Assembly: GCA_032249135.1 (NCBI GenBank)
Contig: JAVVGL010000001.1
Coordinates: forward strand, 144,283 to 208,282
DNA: 64,000 nucleotides
Reading direction: 5' to 3'
From: Candidatus Calescibacterium sp.
Lineage (GTDB): Bacteria > Calescibacteriota > Calescibacteriia > Calescibacteriales > Calescibacteriaceae
Under the pieces are notes generated by a model. It made no database searches and was not told the origin of the DNA. It worked only from the letters and a program-made list of their open reading frames with translations. Below, one piece after another: positions 1 through 10,500 of the stretch. A program made the translations under genes and the position numbers. How positions within the stretch are numbered: position 1 is the stretch's first letter; every line of letters begins with the position of its first letter.

Positions 1-753
1 GTAGCTACCCGAAATAAAAATGATGAAAGTTTCTCTTAAAATTATTTCGCTTTCACCTTTTAGAGAAATTTCCAAAATCCTACCTCGCTTTAGGAACCCA
101 TCCTTTTCCTCTATTTTTCTTAACTCTATCTTCTCCTCTTCTCCTTCTGGTATTCTCTCCTCTATTTTTTCCTCCCTTTCTTTTTCTTTTTCTTCTATTT
201 TTTCCTCCTCTTTTCCAAGTCTTTTAGTTTCAATTTCCTCTTCAATCTCTCTTTTGAGCTCTTCAATTTTTTCTTCAATTTTCTCAATTTCTTCTGCTCT
301 TTCGACTTTTTCCTTTTCTCCTACTTTCTCTAATTCCACCTCCTCTACCTCCAATATCTTTCCTTCTTCTTCTATTTTTCCCATTTCATTCTCTTCTCTC
401 TGTTTCTTTTCTTCCTTTCTTTTTTGGCATTCCGAGAGGAGTTCTAATAATTTTTCTGATTCTGGAAAGACCATAGAACCTTCCCTTAAAACTCTTTCCG
501 CCTCTTCTAACTTACCTGATTCTATTAATGCTCTGGAATAGTTGAGGAGAAGGTTCAAGTTTTCAGGATATTTTTTGTAAAGTTCACCGAAAACCTCAGA
601 TGCTTTTTCAAATTCCTTCTTTTTGAAAAGTGCTATGCCATATAGGTTGTATAATTTATCATCCTTTGATTTTGAATACTCTTTCTCCGCAAGCTCTATC
701 GCTTCATCTATTTTTCCCTCTTTTATAAGATTCTGAATTTGATAAAAGATCAT
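1..753 (-). CDS. Partial TPR-repeat protein with long Glu/Lys-rich linker; runs off the window edge (following domain possibly AIM24-like)
   Basis: Not in ORF track. My translation from ATG 753 is open to position 1: MIFYQIQNLIKEGKIDEAIELAEKEY...LYNLYGIALFKKKEFEKASEVFGELYKKYPENLNLLLNYSRALIESGKLEEAERVL (TPR-like), E/K-rich coil, then GRILEISLKGESEIILRE. Confidence 0.7.
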   Translation of the reverse strand, partial: MIFYQIQNLIKEGKIDEAIELAEKEYSKSKDDKLYNLYGIALFKKKEFEKASEVFGELYKKYPENLNLLLNYSRALIESGKLEEAERVLREGSMVFPESEKLLELLSECQKRKEEKKQREENEMGKIEEEGKILEVEEVELEKVGEKEKVERAEEIEKIEEKIEELKREIEEEIETKRLGKEEEKIEEKEKEREEKIEERIPEGEEEKIELRKIEEKDGFLKRGRILEISLKGESEIILRETFIIFISGSY

Positions 754-805
754 CAGAGAAAATTTTAAAAATGGAACAGTTTATATTCAAGTTATATTCA
801 AGTTT

Positions 806-1708
806 TTAAGATTCGTATTCAAGTTTCCTTTTGAGCTCCTCCCTTTGCCTCATAAGCCAATACTCTCTTATAATTTTTCTATCGCCCTCCGATATTTCTG
901 TGAATTGAAGACCAAGTCGGGTTTTCTTTTGCTCCCCATCACCTATAAACCTTACCTCCGCTTTCGTAGAAACTATTGCCCACTCATGTTTTTTCTGATT
1001 TTCCTTTGTTGGAAGCCTGAAAGATAACCTTACTATGTCCATCATCTTCACCCTATCCTTCGGGACTTCAACATCTAATCCCATCCCGTTTTCGTTTATA
1101 TCTACCATATTGCCTTTGAATACGCCGCCCCATGGGAACTCAATATTTACCTCTATTGGCTCTGCGGGATTTGGCTTAACTCTGAAAGCGGACCTACCAG
1201 CCTTTCTTTCTATCTTTTCTGGGAAGGAAAAAATAAGAGATGTTTTGTATGTGCCTTTGAAGATTGACTCAAATGAATATTTACCAAAAGAGTCAGAATA
1301 CTCAAACTCAACTTTATCTCCAACTTTCAACTTTTCCTTATATTTCGGATTTTCAAATTCTTTCATCAAAACTATATACTCTCCTCCCTTCGTCATTGCG
1401 ACTTTTTCTACTGTGGTAAAGTAAGACCTTTCGTCCCCTGGGATTTTGGCTTTGAGTGGCAGTTGGTACTTAGCAAGCTCCTGGATATGTTTTATTCTTA
1501 CTGGTTCTTTATGGAGCTCTTCAACATAAAAAAGTGCTACCTCTTTCTGTTCTGCTCCTTCTTGCATATTTATAATTTTATTAATTTTTTCTTTATTAAT
1601 TTTTTCTTCTGAAATATTCTTTGCAAAAATCTTTTGGAAATTTTGTTTTTCATATTTTTTCTTTTCTTCTTCATCTTTTTTTCTTGCAAATAAACTTCCA
1701 AAAATCAT
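806..1708 (-). CDS. PilZ-domain (c-di-GMP receptor, YcgR/flagellar-brake-like) protein
   Basis: RxxxR (RSAFR) and D-x-[S/N]-x-x-G (DINENG) motifs, C-terminal RLGLQF; SD AAAGGAGGTG upstream. Confidence 0.8.
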   Translation of the reverse strand: MIFGSLFARKKDEEEKKKYEKQNFQKIFAKNISEEKINKEKINKIINMQEGAEQKEVALFYVEELHKEPVRIKHIQELAKYQLPLKAKIPGDERSYFTTVEKVAMTKGGEYIVLMKEFENPKYKEKLKVGDKVEFEYSDSFGKYSFESIFKGTYKTSLIFSFPEKIERKAGRSAFRVKPNPAEPIEVNIEFPWGGVFKGNMVDINENGMGLDVEVPKDRVKMMDIVRLSFRLPTKENQKKHEWAIVSTKAEVRFIGDGEQKKTRLGLQFTEISEGDRKIIREYWLMRQREELKRKLEYES

Positions 1709-2035
1709 GTTTTTTTCACCTCCTTTCTATTTTATATCGTAATTATTGTTAAAAATATTTTCCAAATTTTCAAGATTTTTTCCTCAAATTTATTTTTTGA
1801 TAAAGAAAAATCCATTAATTTTTGTTTATTCTTTTATCAAAATTGATAAAATAGTTAGTAAAGCTAAATAACAATTTCAAGATTTGAATTTAAAAATCAG
1901 CTATGTACATTATGCATTTTTTATTTTTTATTATTTTATTATTTTTTATTCGGAAATTTTGAGAGTTCAATTTATTTATCTTTTTTCTTTTTTTGGAATT
2001 TTCATACCTTGAAACTTATTTTACAATTTTTCTAT

Positions 2036-2383
2036 ATGAGAAAGATTGCTGATATATCCTCTGCTCTTTCTGATATTTTGAAAGAATACGATAAAGAAAT
2101 TTGGGCTGAATTTGTAATATCAAATAACTGGAATAAAATAGCTGGTAAAAAGAGAAAAGCCTATTCTTTAAAGTTGCGAGGAGGAATACTGAGAATTTCA
2201 ACTCCTGACTCAACTTTACGCAATTTTCTCCTGAATCAGAAAAAACTTGTTTTAGATAAGATAAATGAAATACTCGGCGAGAAAATGGTGAATGATATAG
2301 AAGTTTTTGGAATCAGCCAACCCATTTTCAAGATGTTCTCACAAAAACTGAAAAGTAAAGAAAAAACAAAAGAAGGAGAGTAA
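2036..2383 (+). CDS. DUF721/DciA-family protein
   Basis: W..I.G...A..L.LRGGIL.I......R..L..QK..VL.KIN...G...V.DI pattern; ATG 2036 preferred over TTG 2009. Confidence 0.65.
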   Translation: MRKIADISSALSDILKEYDKEIWAEFVISNNWNKIAGKKRKAYSLKLRGGILRISTPDSTLRNFLLNQKKLVLDKINEILGEKMVNDIEVFGISQPIFKMFSQKLKSKEKTKEGE

Positions 2384-2546
2384 AAAAAGAATAAAGAATA
2401 AAAAAAGAATCAGGAAAGAAAAAATAAAGAAAAAATGGTAAATTCAAAAAGTGAAAGTATAGGTAAAAGAAAATAGAATGTAGAAAGAATGAATAGATAG
2501 GAAGAAGGAGAAGGAAAAGAAGAAGAAAAGGTGGAAGAAGAGGAAG

Positions 2547-3005
2547 ATGATGATGAAAATTTTCAGATGGATTGGATTTTTTATAGTTGAACTTTATATT
2601 GCGCTCAAAAATATTTTTGGCAAAGAAAAAGCTCTCAAAATTATGAAGAATTTTATGACCCTTTTAGGAAAGACAAGAGCCCCAGTGATGGCAAAAATCC
2701 TCAAGGTAAATCCATCAGATATATCTTCTTTAACAAAAATACAAGATGCAGAAGATTTAATATTGGGAGTAAAAGGTATCTGGTCTGAAAGAGAAAAAAA
2801 TCTAGCTATAAAAGATGAACTTTTCTGTCCTTTTGCTCAGAAACTGAAAAGACACTCAGAATTTTGCCACATACTTGTGAAAGAGTTTGAAATAGCTACT
2901 TTTAGAACTCTCAATCCAAACTATGAATTAGAAATTGAGGGGAAACTTCTTTCAGATGGAGGGAAATATTGTAGATTTATTCACAAGATAAAACAAAGTA
3001 AATAA
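2547..3005 (+). CDS. Hypothetical protein with CP..C..C motif (ATC-hydrolase/V4R-like ligand-binding fold)
   Basis: FCPF...EFC...LSDGGKYCRF pattern. Confidence 0.5.
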   Translation: MMMKIFRWIGFFIVELYIALKNIFGKEKALKIMKNFMTLLGKTRAPVMAKILKVNPSDISSLTKIQDAEDLILGVKGIWSEREKNLAIKDELFCPFAQKLKRHSEFCHILVKEFEIATFRTLNPNYELEIEGKLLSDGGKYCRFIHKIKQSK

Positions 3006-3016
3006 CTTCTTTATCT

Positions 3017-4741
3017 ATGAATAAAATCGTAATCGGAGCGGATCACGCAGGTTTTGAGCTGAAAGAGAAAATAAAACTGTTTTTAAAAGAGAAAGGATTT
3101 GAAGTAGAAGATAAAGGAACTTTCTCACACGATAGAGTTGATTATCCTGATTTTGCCCGTCTCGTCGCAGAAGATGTATCGTTGGGTAAAGCTGATCTAG
3201 GAATACTTGTGTGTGGTACGGGAATAGGGATGAGTATAGTTGCGAACAAGTTCCCCAAAGTCAGAGCTGCCTTGATTTTCAACGAATACACTGCAAGAAT
3301 GGCAAAAGCACACACAAATGCAAATATACTTGTGTTTTCCGGAAGGGTTATATCACCAGAATATGCAAAGGTTTTGCTTTCTACTTTCCTTGAAACGAGT
3401 TTTGAAGGAAATCGCCATCAAGAAAGAATAGAAAAAATAATTGATATAGAAAATGAAATATTGAACTCTTTCGCTTCCTATTTCAGAGAACTACGGAGAT
3501 TTGATCCAGAAGTTTTTGATGCAATAGTCAAGGAAGTAGAGAAACAGGAAACTATGATAAATCTTGTGGCTTCAGAAAATCTCACAAGTTTGAGAGTCCT
3601 TTCAGCTCTTTTTAATCCAATGAACAACAAATACGCAGAAGGCTATCCGGGGAAAAGATATTATGGAGGATGCGAGTTCGTTGATGTTGTTGAGGAATTA
3701 GCCCGAGAGCGAGTTAAAAAACTTTTTTCAGCAGAATATGCAAATGTGCAACCTCACTCGGGAACACAAGCTAACCAGGCGATTTATCTTATGTGCCTTG
3801 AACCGGGAGATAAGATTTTAAGTATGGATCTTGCTTCCGGGGGACATCTTTCTCACGGTGCTCGTGTTAATTTTTCTGGGAAGCTATATAAACCGGTCTT
3901 TTATACTGTCGACCGCAAAACCCATCTTATAGATATGGATATGGTCAGAGACATTGCTAAAAAAGAAAGACCGAAAATTATAGTTGCTGGTGCCTCATCT
4001 TACCCAAGAGCAATAGATTTCAAAGCTTTTTCCGATATAGCAAAAGAAGTTGGAGCTTTCTTTCTGGCAGATATTGCTCACCCTGCTGGACTAGTTGCTG
4101 CAGGATTTTATCCTTCTCCTGTACCCTATGCTGATTTTGTCACATTCACAACGCACAAAACTTTGAGGGGACCAAGAGGTGCTGTAATTTTGTCTCGGTC
4201 CGAGTTTTCAAAGAAAATAGATTCTGCTGTCTTCCCGGGCTCGCAAGGAGGCCCATTTATGCATGTTATAGCAGCAAAAGCTGTGTGCTTCAAAGAAGCT
4301 ATGCAACCTGAATTCAAAAATTATGCAGAACAGGTAATAAAGAACGCCAAAGTTCTTGCTGATGAATTTATGAAAAGAGGTTATAAGGTTATAACAGGAG
4401 GAACAGATTCTCATATAGTCCTGATTGATGTGTCATCAAAAGGAGTATCAGGTGGGGATGTTGAGCGAGAACTATATAAAGCCGGTATAGTTTTGAATAA
4501 AAATGTTATACCTTTTGACTCAAGACCTCCTATGAACCCATCTGGAATAAGAATAGGAACTCCTGCTGTTACAACGAGAGGAATGAAGGAAGAGGAAATG
4601 AGACAAATTGCTTCAATGATAGATGAAGTGATATCTTCTGGTTTTTCAGAAGAAGTTATCTTGAAGGTGAGAAATTCCGTTGCAGAACTTTGTAGAAGGT
4701 TTCCATTTTATTCAGATTTCATACAAAAAGTCCTTTCATAG
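3017..4741 (+). CDS. rpiB-glyA: Fused ribose-5-phosphate isomerase B / serine hydroxymethyltransferase
   Basis: N-term GADHAG, DYP, CGTGIGMSI.ANK, FEGNRH (RpiB); from ~aa 155 LVASEN, NKYAEGYPGKRYYGGCE, TTHKTLRGPRG, GIRIGTPA (SHMT); single frame. Confidence 0.95.
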   Translation: MNKIVIGADHAGFELKEKIKLFLKEKGFEVEDKGTFSHDRVDYPDFARLVAEDVSLGKADLGILVCGTGIGMSIVANKFPKVRAALIFNEYTARMAKAHTNANILVFSGRVISPEYAKVLLSTFLETSFEGNRHQERIEKIIDIENEILNSFASYFRELRRFDPEVFDAIVKEVEKQETMINLVASENLTSLRVLSALFNPMNNKYAEGYPGKRYYGGCEFVDVVEELARERVKKLFSAEYANVQPHSGTQANQAIYLMCLEPGDKILSMDLASGGHLSHGARVNFSGKLYKPVFYTVDRKTHLIDMDMVRDIAKKERPKIIVAGASSYPRAIDFKAFSDIAKEVGAFFLADIAHPAGLVAAGFYPSPVPYADFVTFTTHKTLRGPRGAVILSRSEFSKKIDSAVFPGSQGGPFMHVIAAKAVCFKEAMQPEFKNYAEQVIKNAKVLADEFMKRGYKVITGGTDSHIVLIDVSSKGVSGGDVERELYKAGIVLNKNVIPFDSRPPMNPSGIRIGTPAVTTRGMKEEEMRQIASMIDEVISSGFSEEVILKVRNSVAELCRRFPFYSDFIQKVLS

Positions 4742-4781
4742 ATTTTTTCTTGAAATTTCTTATACTTTCTCTTAAATTTAT

Positions 4782-5279
4782 TCACTCGACTTCTTCCTTT
4801 ATTCCTGATATTTCTCTATGTCTTTCTAATATCTTGTGCGGATCAATAAGAGTTATTGAACCTCGCGGAGTATTTACTCTTCCTATTATTATTTCTCTGA
4901 ACTTTATGCCCACTTTTGGTGCCTCAGATATTGAATTTGGAGATATAGTTTCAATAAAGACATTATCAGCAATCAAACATACTGGTGATACATCCTTCAA
5001 AGCCCTAACTATTATTCCTAATTTTTGGCTTATTTGTTCCTTTATTTCTCCTATTTCAAAGAAAGATAAAATATCAAATACTGGAACTATTTCTCCCCTG
5101 ATATATATAAGTCCTTTTAGGTATTTTATATCAGAATGAACATACAAAATATCATCTGATAGTTTTATCACTTCTTCAAGGTATTCTATACCTAAGCCAT
5201 ATATTTCCTCTCCTACACTTGCACATATTATCTTTATATCTTTCTGGAAAGATGGAAGAACTCTTAATTTTTCCCTCAT
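4782..5279 (-). CDS. cheW: CheW-like chemotaxis adaptor
   Basis: YGL.I..L.EVI, KGLIYIRGEIVPVFD, LIAD.V motifs. Confidence 0.75.
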   Translation of the reverse strand: MREKLRVLPSFQKDIKIICASVGEEIYGLGIEYLEEVIKLSDDILYVHSDIKYLKGLIYIRGEIVPVFDILSFFEIGEIKEQISQKLGIIVRALKDVSPVCLIADNVFIETISPNSISEAPKVGIKFREIIIGRVNTPRGSITLIDPHKILERHREISGIKEEVE

Positions 5280-5333
5280 AAAATAAAATTTAAAAAAGAG
5301 ATTCAATAAAAACTTGCATATTAAAATAAAGTG

Positions 5334-6365
5334 ATGTCAAGAGAGGAAAAAGATGTAAGCGAAAAATATGAGGTTGCAACTTTGGCAGGTGGTTGCTTTT
5401 GGTGTCTTGATGAAGTATTTGATAAAATAGAGGGAGTTATTGAAACAAAAGTTGGTTATGCAGGCGGATTTAAAGAGAATCCAACTTATGAAGAAGTTTG
5501 CTCAGGAACTACAGGACATCTTGAAGCTATTCAAATAAAATTTGATCCAACTGTTTTATCTTACAAAGAAGTTCTTCTTATTTTCTTTATGAATATAGAC
5601 CCACAAGATCCGGATGGTCAATTTGCAGATAGAGGTCCGCAGTACAGAACCGCTATTTTTTATCATAACGAGGAACAAAAATACATCGCAGAGGAAACAA
5701 AAAAGTACATCGAAAAATTATTTGGATATGTTGCAACCGAAATAAGACCTTTTGTAAATTTCTATCCTGCCGAAGAATACCATCAAAAGTACTTCAAGAA
5801 AAATCCAATAAGGTACTGCCTTTATAAATTCTTTTCTGGAAGGGAAAATTTCGTAAAAAACATATGGGGAGATAAAATCTTTTTCAAGTTAAAGCAGCAT
5901 CCAAAATATAAAAGACCACCAGATGATCAGATAAAAAAACTATTGACCCCTTTACAGTACTATGTGACACAAGAAGGTGGAACAGAACCACCATTTGAAA
6001 ATGAGTATTGGAATAACAAAGCTCCCGGAATATATGTTGATGTTGTGTCCGGAGAACCCTTATTTTCTTCTCTTGACAAATTTGACTCTGGAACTGGTTG
6101 GCCATCTTTTACAAAACCTCTTGAACCAGATAACATAATATATAAAGTTGATACAAGTTATGGGATGATAAGAATAGAGGTAAGAAGTAGATATGCAAAT
6201 AGCCACTTGGGACATGTTTTTGACGATGGTCCTCCTCCAACTGGTTTGAGGTATTGTATAAATTCAGCTGCTTTGAGATTCATCCCACTTGAAAACCTTG
6301 AAAAAGAAGGATACGGAGAATATGTAAAACTCTTTGAAGAGAGAAGCAAAAATAAAAGCAAATAG
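5334..6365 (+). CDS. msrAB: Bifunctional peptide methionine sulfoxide reductase MsrA/MsrB
   Basis: [19 protein letters not shown] (MsrA); [30 protein letters not shown] (MsrB). Confidence 0.95.
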   Translation: MSREEKDVSEKYEVATLAGGCFWCLDEVFDKIEGVIETKVGYAGGFKENPTYEEVCSGTTGHLEAIQIKFDPTVLSYKEVLLIFFMNIDPQDPDGQFADRGPQYRTAIFYHNEEQKYIAEETKKYIEKLFGYVATEIRPFVNFYPAEEYHQKYFKKNPIRYCLYKFFSGRENFVKNIWGDKIFFKLKQHPKYKRPPDDQIKKLLTPLQYYVTQEGGTEPPFENEYWNNKAPGIYVDVVSGEPLFSSLDKFDSGTGWPSFTKPLEPDNIIYKVDTSYGMIRIEVRSRYANSHLGHVFDDGPPPTGLRYCINSAALRFIPLENLEKEGYGEYVKLFEERSKNKSK

Positions 6366-6375
6366 TTAGTAATAA

Positions 6376-7233
6376 ATGAATAACTATAATTATCATCAGC
6401 TTCACGATATTCTTGCAGTTACAGTCTCCTACAACAATTTTGAAGGTTTAAAATCTTTGTGTGAAAATCTTCTTTCCCAAAGTCTTAAACCTAAAAAAAT
6501 TTTTGTTGTTGATAATGCGTCAGAAGATGATACGCCAAAGATAAAAGAGCTTTTTCCTGAATTTGTGATATATAAAAGACTTCCAAAAAACTTAGGAGCA
6601 GATGGTGGATATTACTATGCTTTATCTTTTGCATATAAAATTTCCGACTTTATCTTTACAACAGATGATGACACTTTGTATCAGGAAGATGCCCTACATG
6701 AACTTTTTTTTGGTTTCTTGGAGCTTGAGAAAAAATTCTGTGTCGGAGCTGTAAGATGTGCATGGGAAGGATTTGAAGGAAATGAGCCGAAAGAGGTTTT
6801 CTCTTCTGTCTGGACAGGAGTTCTTTTTAAGTCAGCTGTTTTAAAAGTTGTTGGGTTTCCTCGCAAAGATTTTTTTATATATGGCGGGGATGATGAATTC
6901 TTTACAAGAATGACAAAAAAAGGCTTCAAATTTTTTCTTATTCCATCGGCAAAATATCTTTCAAGACCATCGCGACATAAAGCTCAATATTCTGTTTTTG
7001 GAAGAAAGATAAGTTTTTACCCTGATGATTTCAGGCTTTACTATTCAATAAGAAACGAAACTTTCATATACTCGCGCATCAAAAGAAAAGACTTTCTAAA
7101 AGTTTTGAGGAGAATCTTAATCCTGTCTTTAATAATCAGAGATAAAAACAAAGTAAAAACTATCTTTGAGGGATTTTTTGATGGGATTTTTGGAATACTC
7201 GGAGAAAATAAAAAGTACTCTACAAAAAGATAA
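6376..7233 (+). CDS. GT2-family glycosyltransferase
   Basis: VVDNASED, N.GADGG, TDDD, FFIYGGDDEF motifs. Confidence 0.85.
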   Translation: MNNYNYHQLHDILAVTVSYNNFEGLKSLCENLLSQSLKPKKIFVVDNASEDDTPKIKELFPEFVIYKRLPKNLGADGGYYYALSFAYKISDFIFTTDDDTLYQEDALHELFFGFLELEKKFCVGAVRCAWEGFEGNEPKEVFSSVWTGVLFKSAVLKVVGFPRKDFFIYGGDDEFFTRMTKKGFKFFLIPSAKYLSRPSRHKAQYSVFGRKISFYPDDFRLYYSIRNETFIYSRIKRKDFLKVLRRILILSLIIRDKNKVKTIFEGFFDGIFGILGENKKYSTKR

Positions 7234-7253
7234 AAAGAAAAAAACTTTCATTT

Positions 7254-9038
7254 TCAAATATCAATCCTTACCTCATATATATAGAATTTTTTCGTTCTAT
7301 ATATCTCTTTTAGGAAAAACTCAGATTCTGTTTTTTCCCTCTCCCTTATTACATATTTTACTTCAAACTTATTTATGAGTTCTTTTAGTTTATTTCTATC
7401 TAATTTTTCAAACTCTTCAAGAAATTTTTCTTGAATTTCTTTTTTATTTTGCGGTTTTTCTATCGGGATTCCTATCTCGCCCATGATTCCCCTGAGTTCA
7501 TATATGGTTGGATTTTCTCTCAAAAGCTCAATATAATTTGCAACAATACTTTTTACTTCCTCCAAATCAAATCCTTGGAGTTTCATATCAACTATATTTC
7601 TTTCAAAAATTTCTCTATCTCCTATGTAAGTGAAAATATATGTCTTTGGGTTAAGCTGTGGGATTAGAGTTTCTCTAAAAATTACAGCCGACAAATTTTT
7701 TGGTAATGATATGACTTCATTTTCTTTTACTTTGGTTTTTATAAAATCTGAGATCTTATCATACTCACTTTTCAAAATAATTTGTTCTCTTACATGTTTC
7801 AAAGTTGCAACACTTTCAATAAATATTTTTTCCGATGATACAAAGATTCCACAGAATAACGCTGGAACCACAAAGCTTATTGTCAAGTTTGCAGCTGGAC
7901 TTACATAATCAAGAACATTTTTCAATTTTGTCCTTGAAACTACATCATATATAGCAGAAAATATAGCTATAATAGAGAAAATGTAGAAAGCGTAATAAAA
8001 ATGTCTTTCTTGTATTGTTATTTTTGTGATAGCGTTTTGATAACCTAAAATCAAACCAGAAATCAGGATAAAAAATAAAACTTTTCCTTTCCATCCCTTC
8101 CGCAAAAGATATGAGGCTGAAATTACACCTAAAACAATAATTACATAGTTTCTTTTTTCCTGAGCAAATTCAAATCTTTCCGCTCCAAACTTTGTAAAAA
8201 GAATAGCTCTCATCAACATAGCCTCTGAGTTAGGGTTCTGTGTTTGAAGAAAATTAAATACGACTGCTGGTAAAGCTACAAAAAAAGCAATCAATGAAAT
8301 TTGTATTAGCTCTTTTCTCTTTCCTTTTGAGAAAATAAGTAAAAGGAAGATAAAAAGTAGAGCATGTATATAGTAGTAAAATTGACCGTAAAAGTTCAAA
8401 CCAAATATTATACCGCAAATTATCTTTTCTTTAAAATTTAGATTTCTTTTGTCATCAATTCTTATGATAAAGTACACAAATAAAATAAAGAGTAAGATGA
8501 GAGGATTAGGATTAAATGCTCTGTGAATTATAAAACCAAAAAAAGCGGAGTGAGGAAAATTCATATCTCCTTGAGCAAATTTTAGAAGAGGAGAGACATT
8601 TAAGACTATGATGGAAAGTGTAAGAAAAGCAAAATGACTTTCTTCAATAAATCTTTTTATTACGGCAAATGTCAGCAGAGGTATAAATATAACTCCAAAA
8701 ATTTTCAGGAAAACATTAACATACGAAAAACTGTGGAAAATCTCATATACTGCTCTACAAAGGAGCAAAAATAGTGGCAAAGTAAAACATTTTTCATTTT
8801 TTACCTCACAAAACCCACATCCGTGTATAAAAATATTTATCCAGTTATCTTCATCTCCCGACATTGTGAAGGGGAAATCATACTTTATGACAAGATATAA
8901 ATAGGGGAGAAATACGAGCGATGAGAAGGCAAGTAATCCTGCTATTTCGTAGAAGGAAAAAACTTTTCTACTTCTATTTTCTTGGACTAATTCTAATCTT
9001 GATTTCTTGTCTTTGACAGCTTTTTCCGTTATTCTCAC
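7254..9038 (-). CDS. Polytopic membrane protein, possibly GT-C-fold glycosyltransferase
   Basis: Many hydrophobic segments, acidic GDED motif after first TM, soluble C-terminal domain ending VKYVI...YIYEV; next to a GT2 gene. Confidence 0.5.
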   Translation of the reverse strand: MRITEKAVKDKKSRLELVQENRSRKVFSFYEIAGLLAFSSLVFLPYLYLVIKYDFPFTMSGDEDNWINIFIHGCGFCEVKNEKCFTLPLFLLLCRAVYEIFHSFSYVNVFLKIFGVIFIPLLTFAVIKRFIEESHFAFLTLSIIVLNVSPLLKFAQGDMNFPHSAFFGFIIHRAFNPNPLILLFILFVYFIIRIDDKRNLNFKEKIICGIIFGLNFYGQFYYYIHALLFIFLLLIFSKGKRKELIQISLIAFFVALPAVVFNFLQTQNPNSEAMLMRAILFTKFGAERFEFAQEKRNYVIIVLGVISASYLLRKGWKGKVLFFILISGLILGYQNAITKITIQERHFYYAFYIFSIIAIFSAIYDVVSRTKLKNVLDYVSPAANLTISFVVPALFCGIFVSSEKIFIESVATLKHVREQIILKSEYDKISDFIKTKVKENEVISLPKNLSAVIFRETLIPQLNPKTYIFTYIGDREIFERNIVDMKLQGFDLEEVKSIVANYIELLRENPTIYELRGIMGEIGIPIEKPQNKKEIQEKFLEEFEKLDRNKLKELINKFEVKYVIREREKTESEFFLKEIYRTKKFYIYEVRIDI

Positions 9039-9109
9039 GATAATATTTTACTTTTTTGAATTTTATTTTTGTTTGTAAAATATTTTTAAAATTTCCAGCT
9101 TATATAAAA

Positions 9110-10396
9110 ATGGGAACTTTTCACTTTTTGGTTCCAAATTTGGTTCTATTTATTGTACTTTCTCTTATTGCTACAAGAAGGATCGGGAAGTTTGAGCTGA
9201 AAATATGGCAAGTGATGACAGCAGGGGCAGTTATAGTCATTCTTACTCAAAGTATATCTTTTGAAGATGCATTTTACGCAATAGATTTTGATGTGATGCT
9301 TTTCCTTTTCAGCATGTTTGTTATAGGAGCTGCTCTTGAATACGGAGGCTTGATGGATGATTTTATCAAATCTATATCAAGTAAAATAAGAAATCCTCAC
9401 ATCGTTTTGTTTTTCGTTATTTTAGTTATGTCTCTATCTTCTGCTCTGCTTATGAATGATACTATTGCTGTTATAGGGACGCCAATTGTTCTTCGTATAG
9501 CCAAAAAGTATAATTTGCCAAAAAAAATTCTTTTGCTTTCGTTAGCTTTTTCGGTGACTTGCGGTAGTGTTATGAGTCCAATAGGTAATCCTCAAAACTT
9601 CATTATAGCAAATCATATAAAAGATAAAAACCAATTTTTTGTATTTATCTGGTATCTTGCTTTACCTACGTTTATTAACATTTTTTTGACTTTCCTTTGG
9701 ATTGAGCTTTTGCTGAAAAAAGGTGGTTTTGCAACAAAAGAATTTTTTAAAACAGAATTAGCTCAGGTTGTTCATCAAAGTTCAGATGAATACACTCATC
9801 AAAGAGATAAATCTCTTTATTTCCTGTCAAAGATATCTTTGCTCTTTCTTTTATTTCTGATAATTTTAAGCGTTGTTCTTTCTTTTTTTGGTGTTAATTT
9901 GAAACTCGTTCATATCACCTTGTTTTCTGCTCTACCTATTTTGCTTTTTTCAAAAAAGAGATTTTTTATATTGAGAAAAGTTGATTGGCATACTCTTTTA
10001 TTTTTTGCTTCTATGTTTGTTTTGATGAAATCTGTGTGGCAAACTGGGCTACCTGAAAAAATTATAAAAGATTTGGGTGGGAACCTATTGACCTTGGAGG
10101 GAATTTTTGCTTTGAGCTTGATTTTAAGTCAAGTTTTTTCAAATGTTCCTCTTACCATGCTTTTTCTACCTATGATTGAGGGTGCTTCGGAAATTCATCT
10201 TATGGCTCTTGCGGCTGGAAGTACCATAGCAGGGAATTTATTTATACTCGGAGCTGCAAGCAATGTCATAATAATTCAAGGAGCCGAAAAGAGAGAAGGC
10301 GAAACAATTACATTTTTTGAATTCGCAAGGGCAGGAATTCCACTAACAATGATAAATTCTTTGGTATACTACATTTTTTTAGTAGCTTGTTGTTAA
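9110..10396 (+). CDS. ArsB/NhaD (SLC13-like) anion permease
   Basis: SALLMNDT, GSVMSPIGNPQN, SNVP, AAGSTIAGNL..GAASN motifs. Confidence 0.85.
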   Translation: MGTFHFLVPNLVLFIVLSLIATRRIGKFELKIWQVMTAGAVIVILTQSISFEDAFYAIDFDVMLFLFSMFVIGAALEYGGLMDDFIKSISSKIRNPHIVLFFVILVMSLSSALLMNDTIAVIGTPIVLRIAKKYNLPKKILLLSLAFSVTCGSVMSPIGNPQNFIIANHIKDKNQFFVFIWYLALPTFINIFLTFLWIELLLKKGGFATKEFFKTELAQVVHQSSDEYTHQRDKSLYFLSKISLLFLLFLIILSVVLSFFGVNLKLVHITLFSALPILLFSKKRFFILRKVDWHTLLFFASMFVLMKSVWQTGLPEKIIKDLGGNLLTLEGIFALSLILSQVFSNVPLTMLFLPMIEGASEIHLMALAAGSTIAGNLFILGAASNVIIIQGAEKREGETITFFEFARAGIPLTMINSLVYYIFLVACC

Positions 10397-10500
10397 AATG
10401 AAAGTTGGTAAAACAAAAATTCTGTGATTTCAAATTTCATATCATTTCAAAGTATTGATATGGTGTTTTTTGACCCTCCAAAACTTCTCCCAATTGATAA

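Noticed and set aside
20-541. 173-aa Ser/Phe-rich plus-strand ORF
   Set aside because: Antisense shadow of the E/K-rich minus-strand TPR gene (1..753)
779-803. Tandem gttatattcaa duplication
   Set aside because: Only two short copies in AT-rich intergenic DNA; no spacers, not CRISPR
2384-2546. Purine-rich low-complexity intergenic stretch
   Set aside because: Similar A/G-rich spacers recur (e.g. 39200-39310); no defined repeat unit or credible ORF
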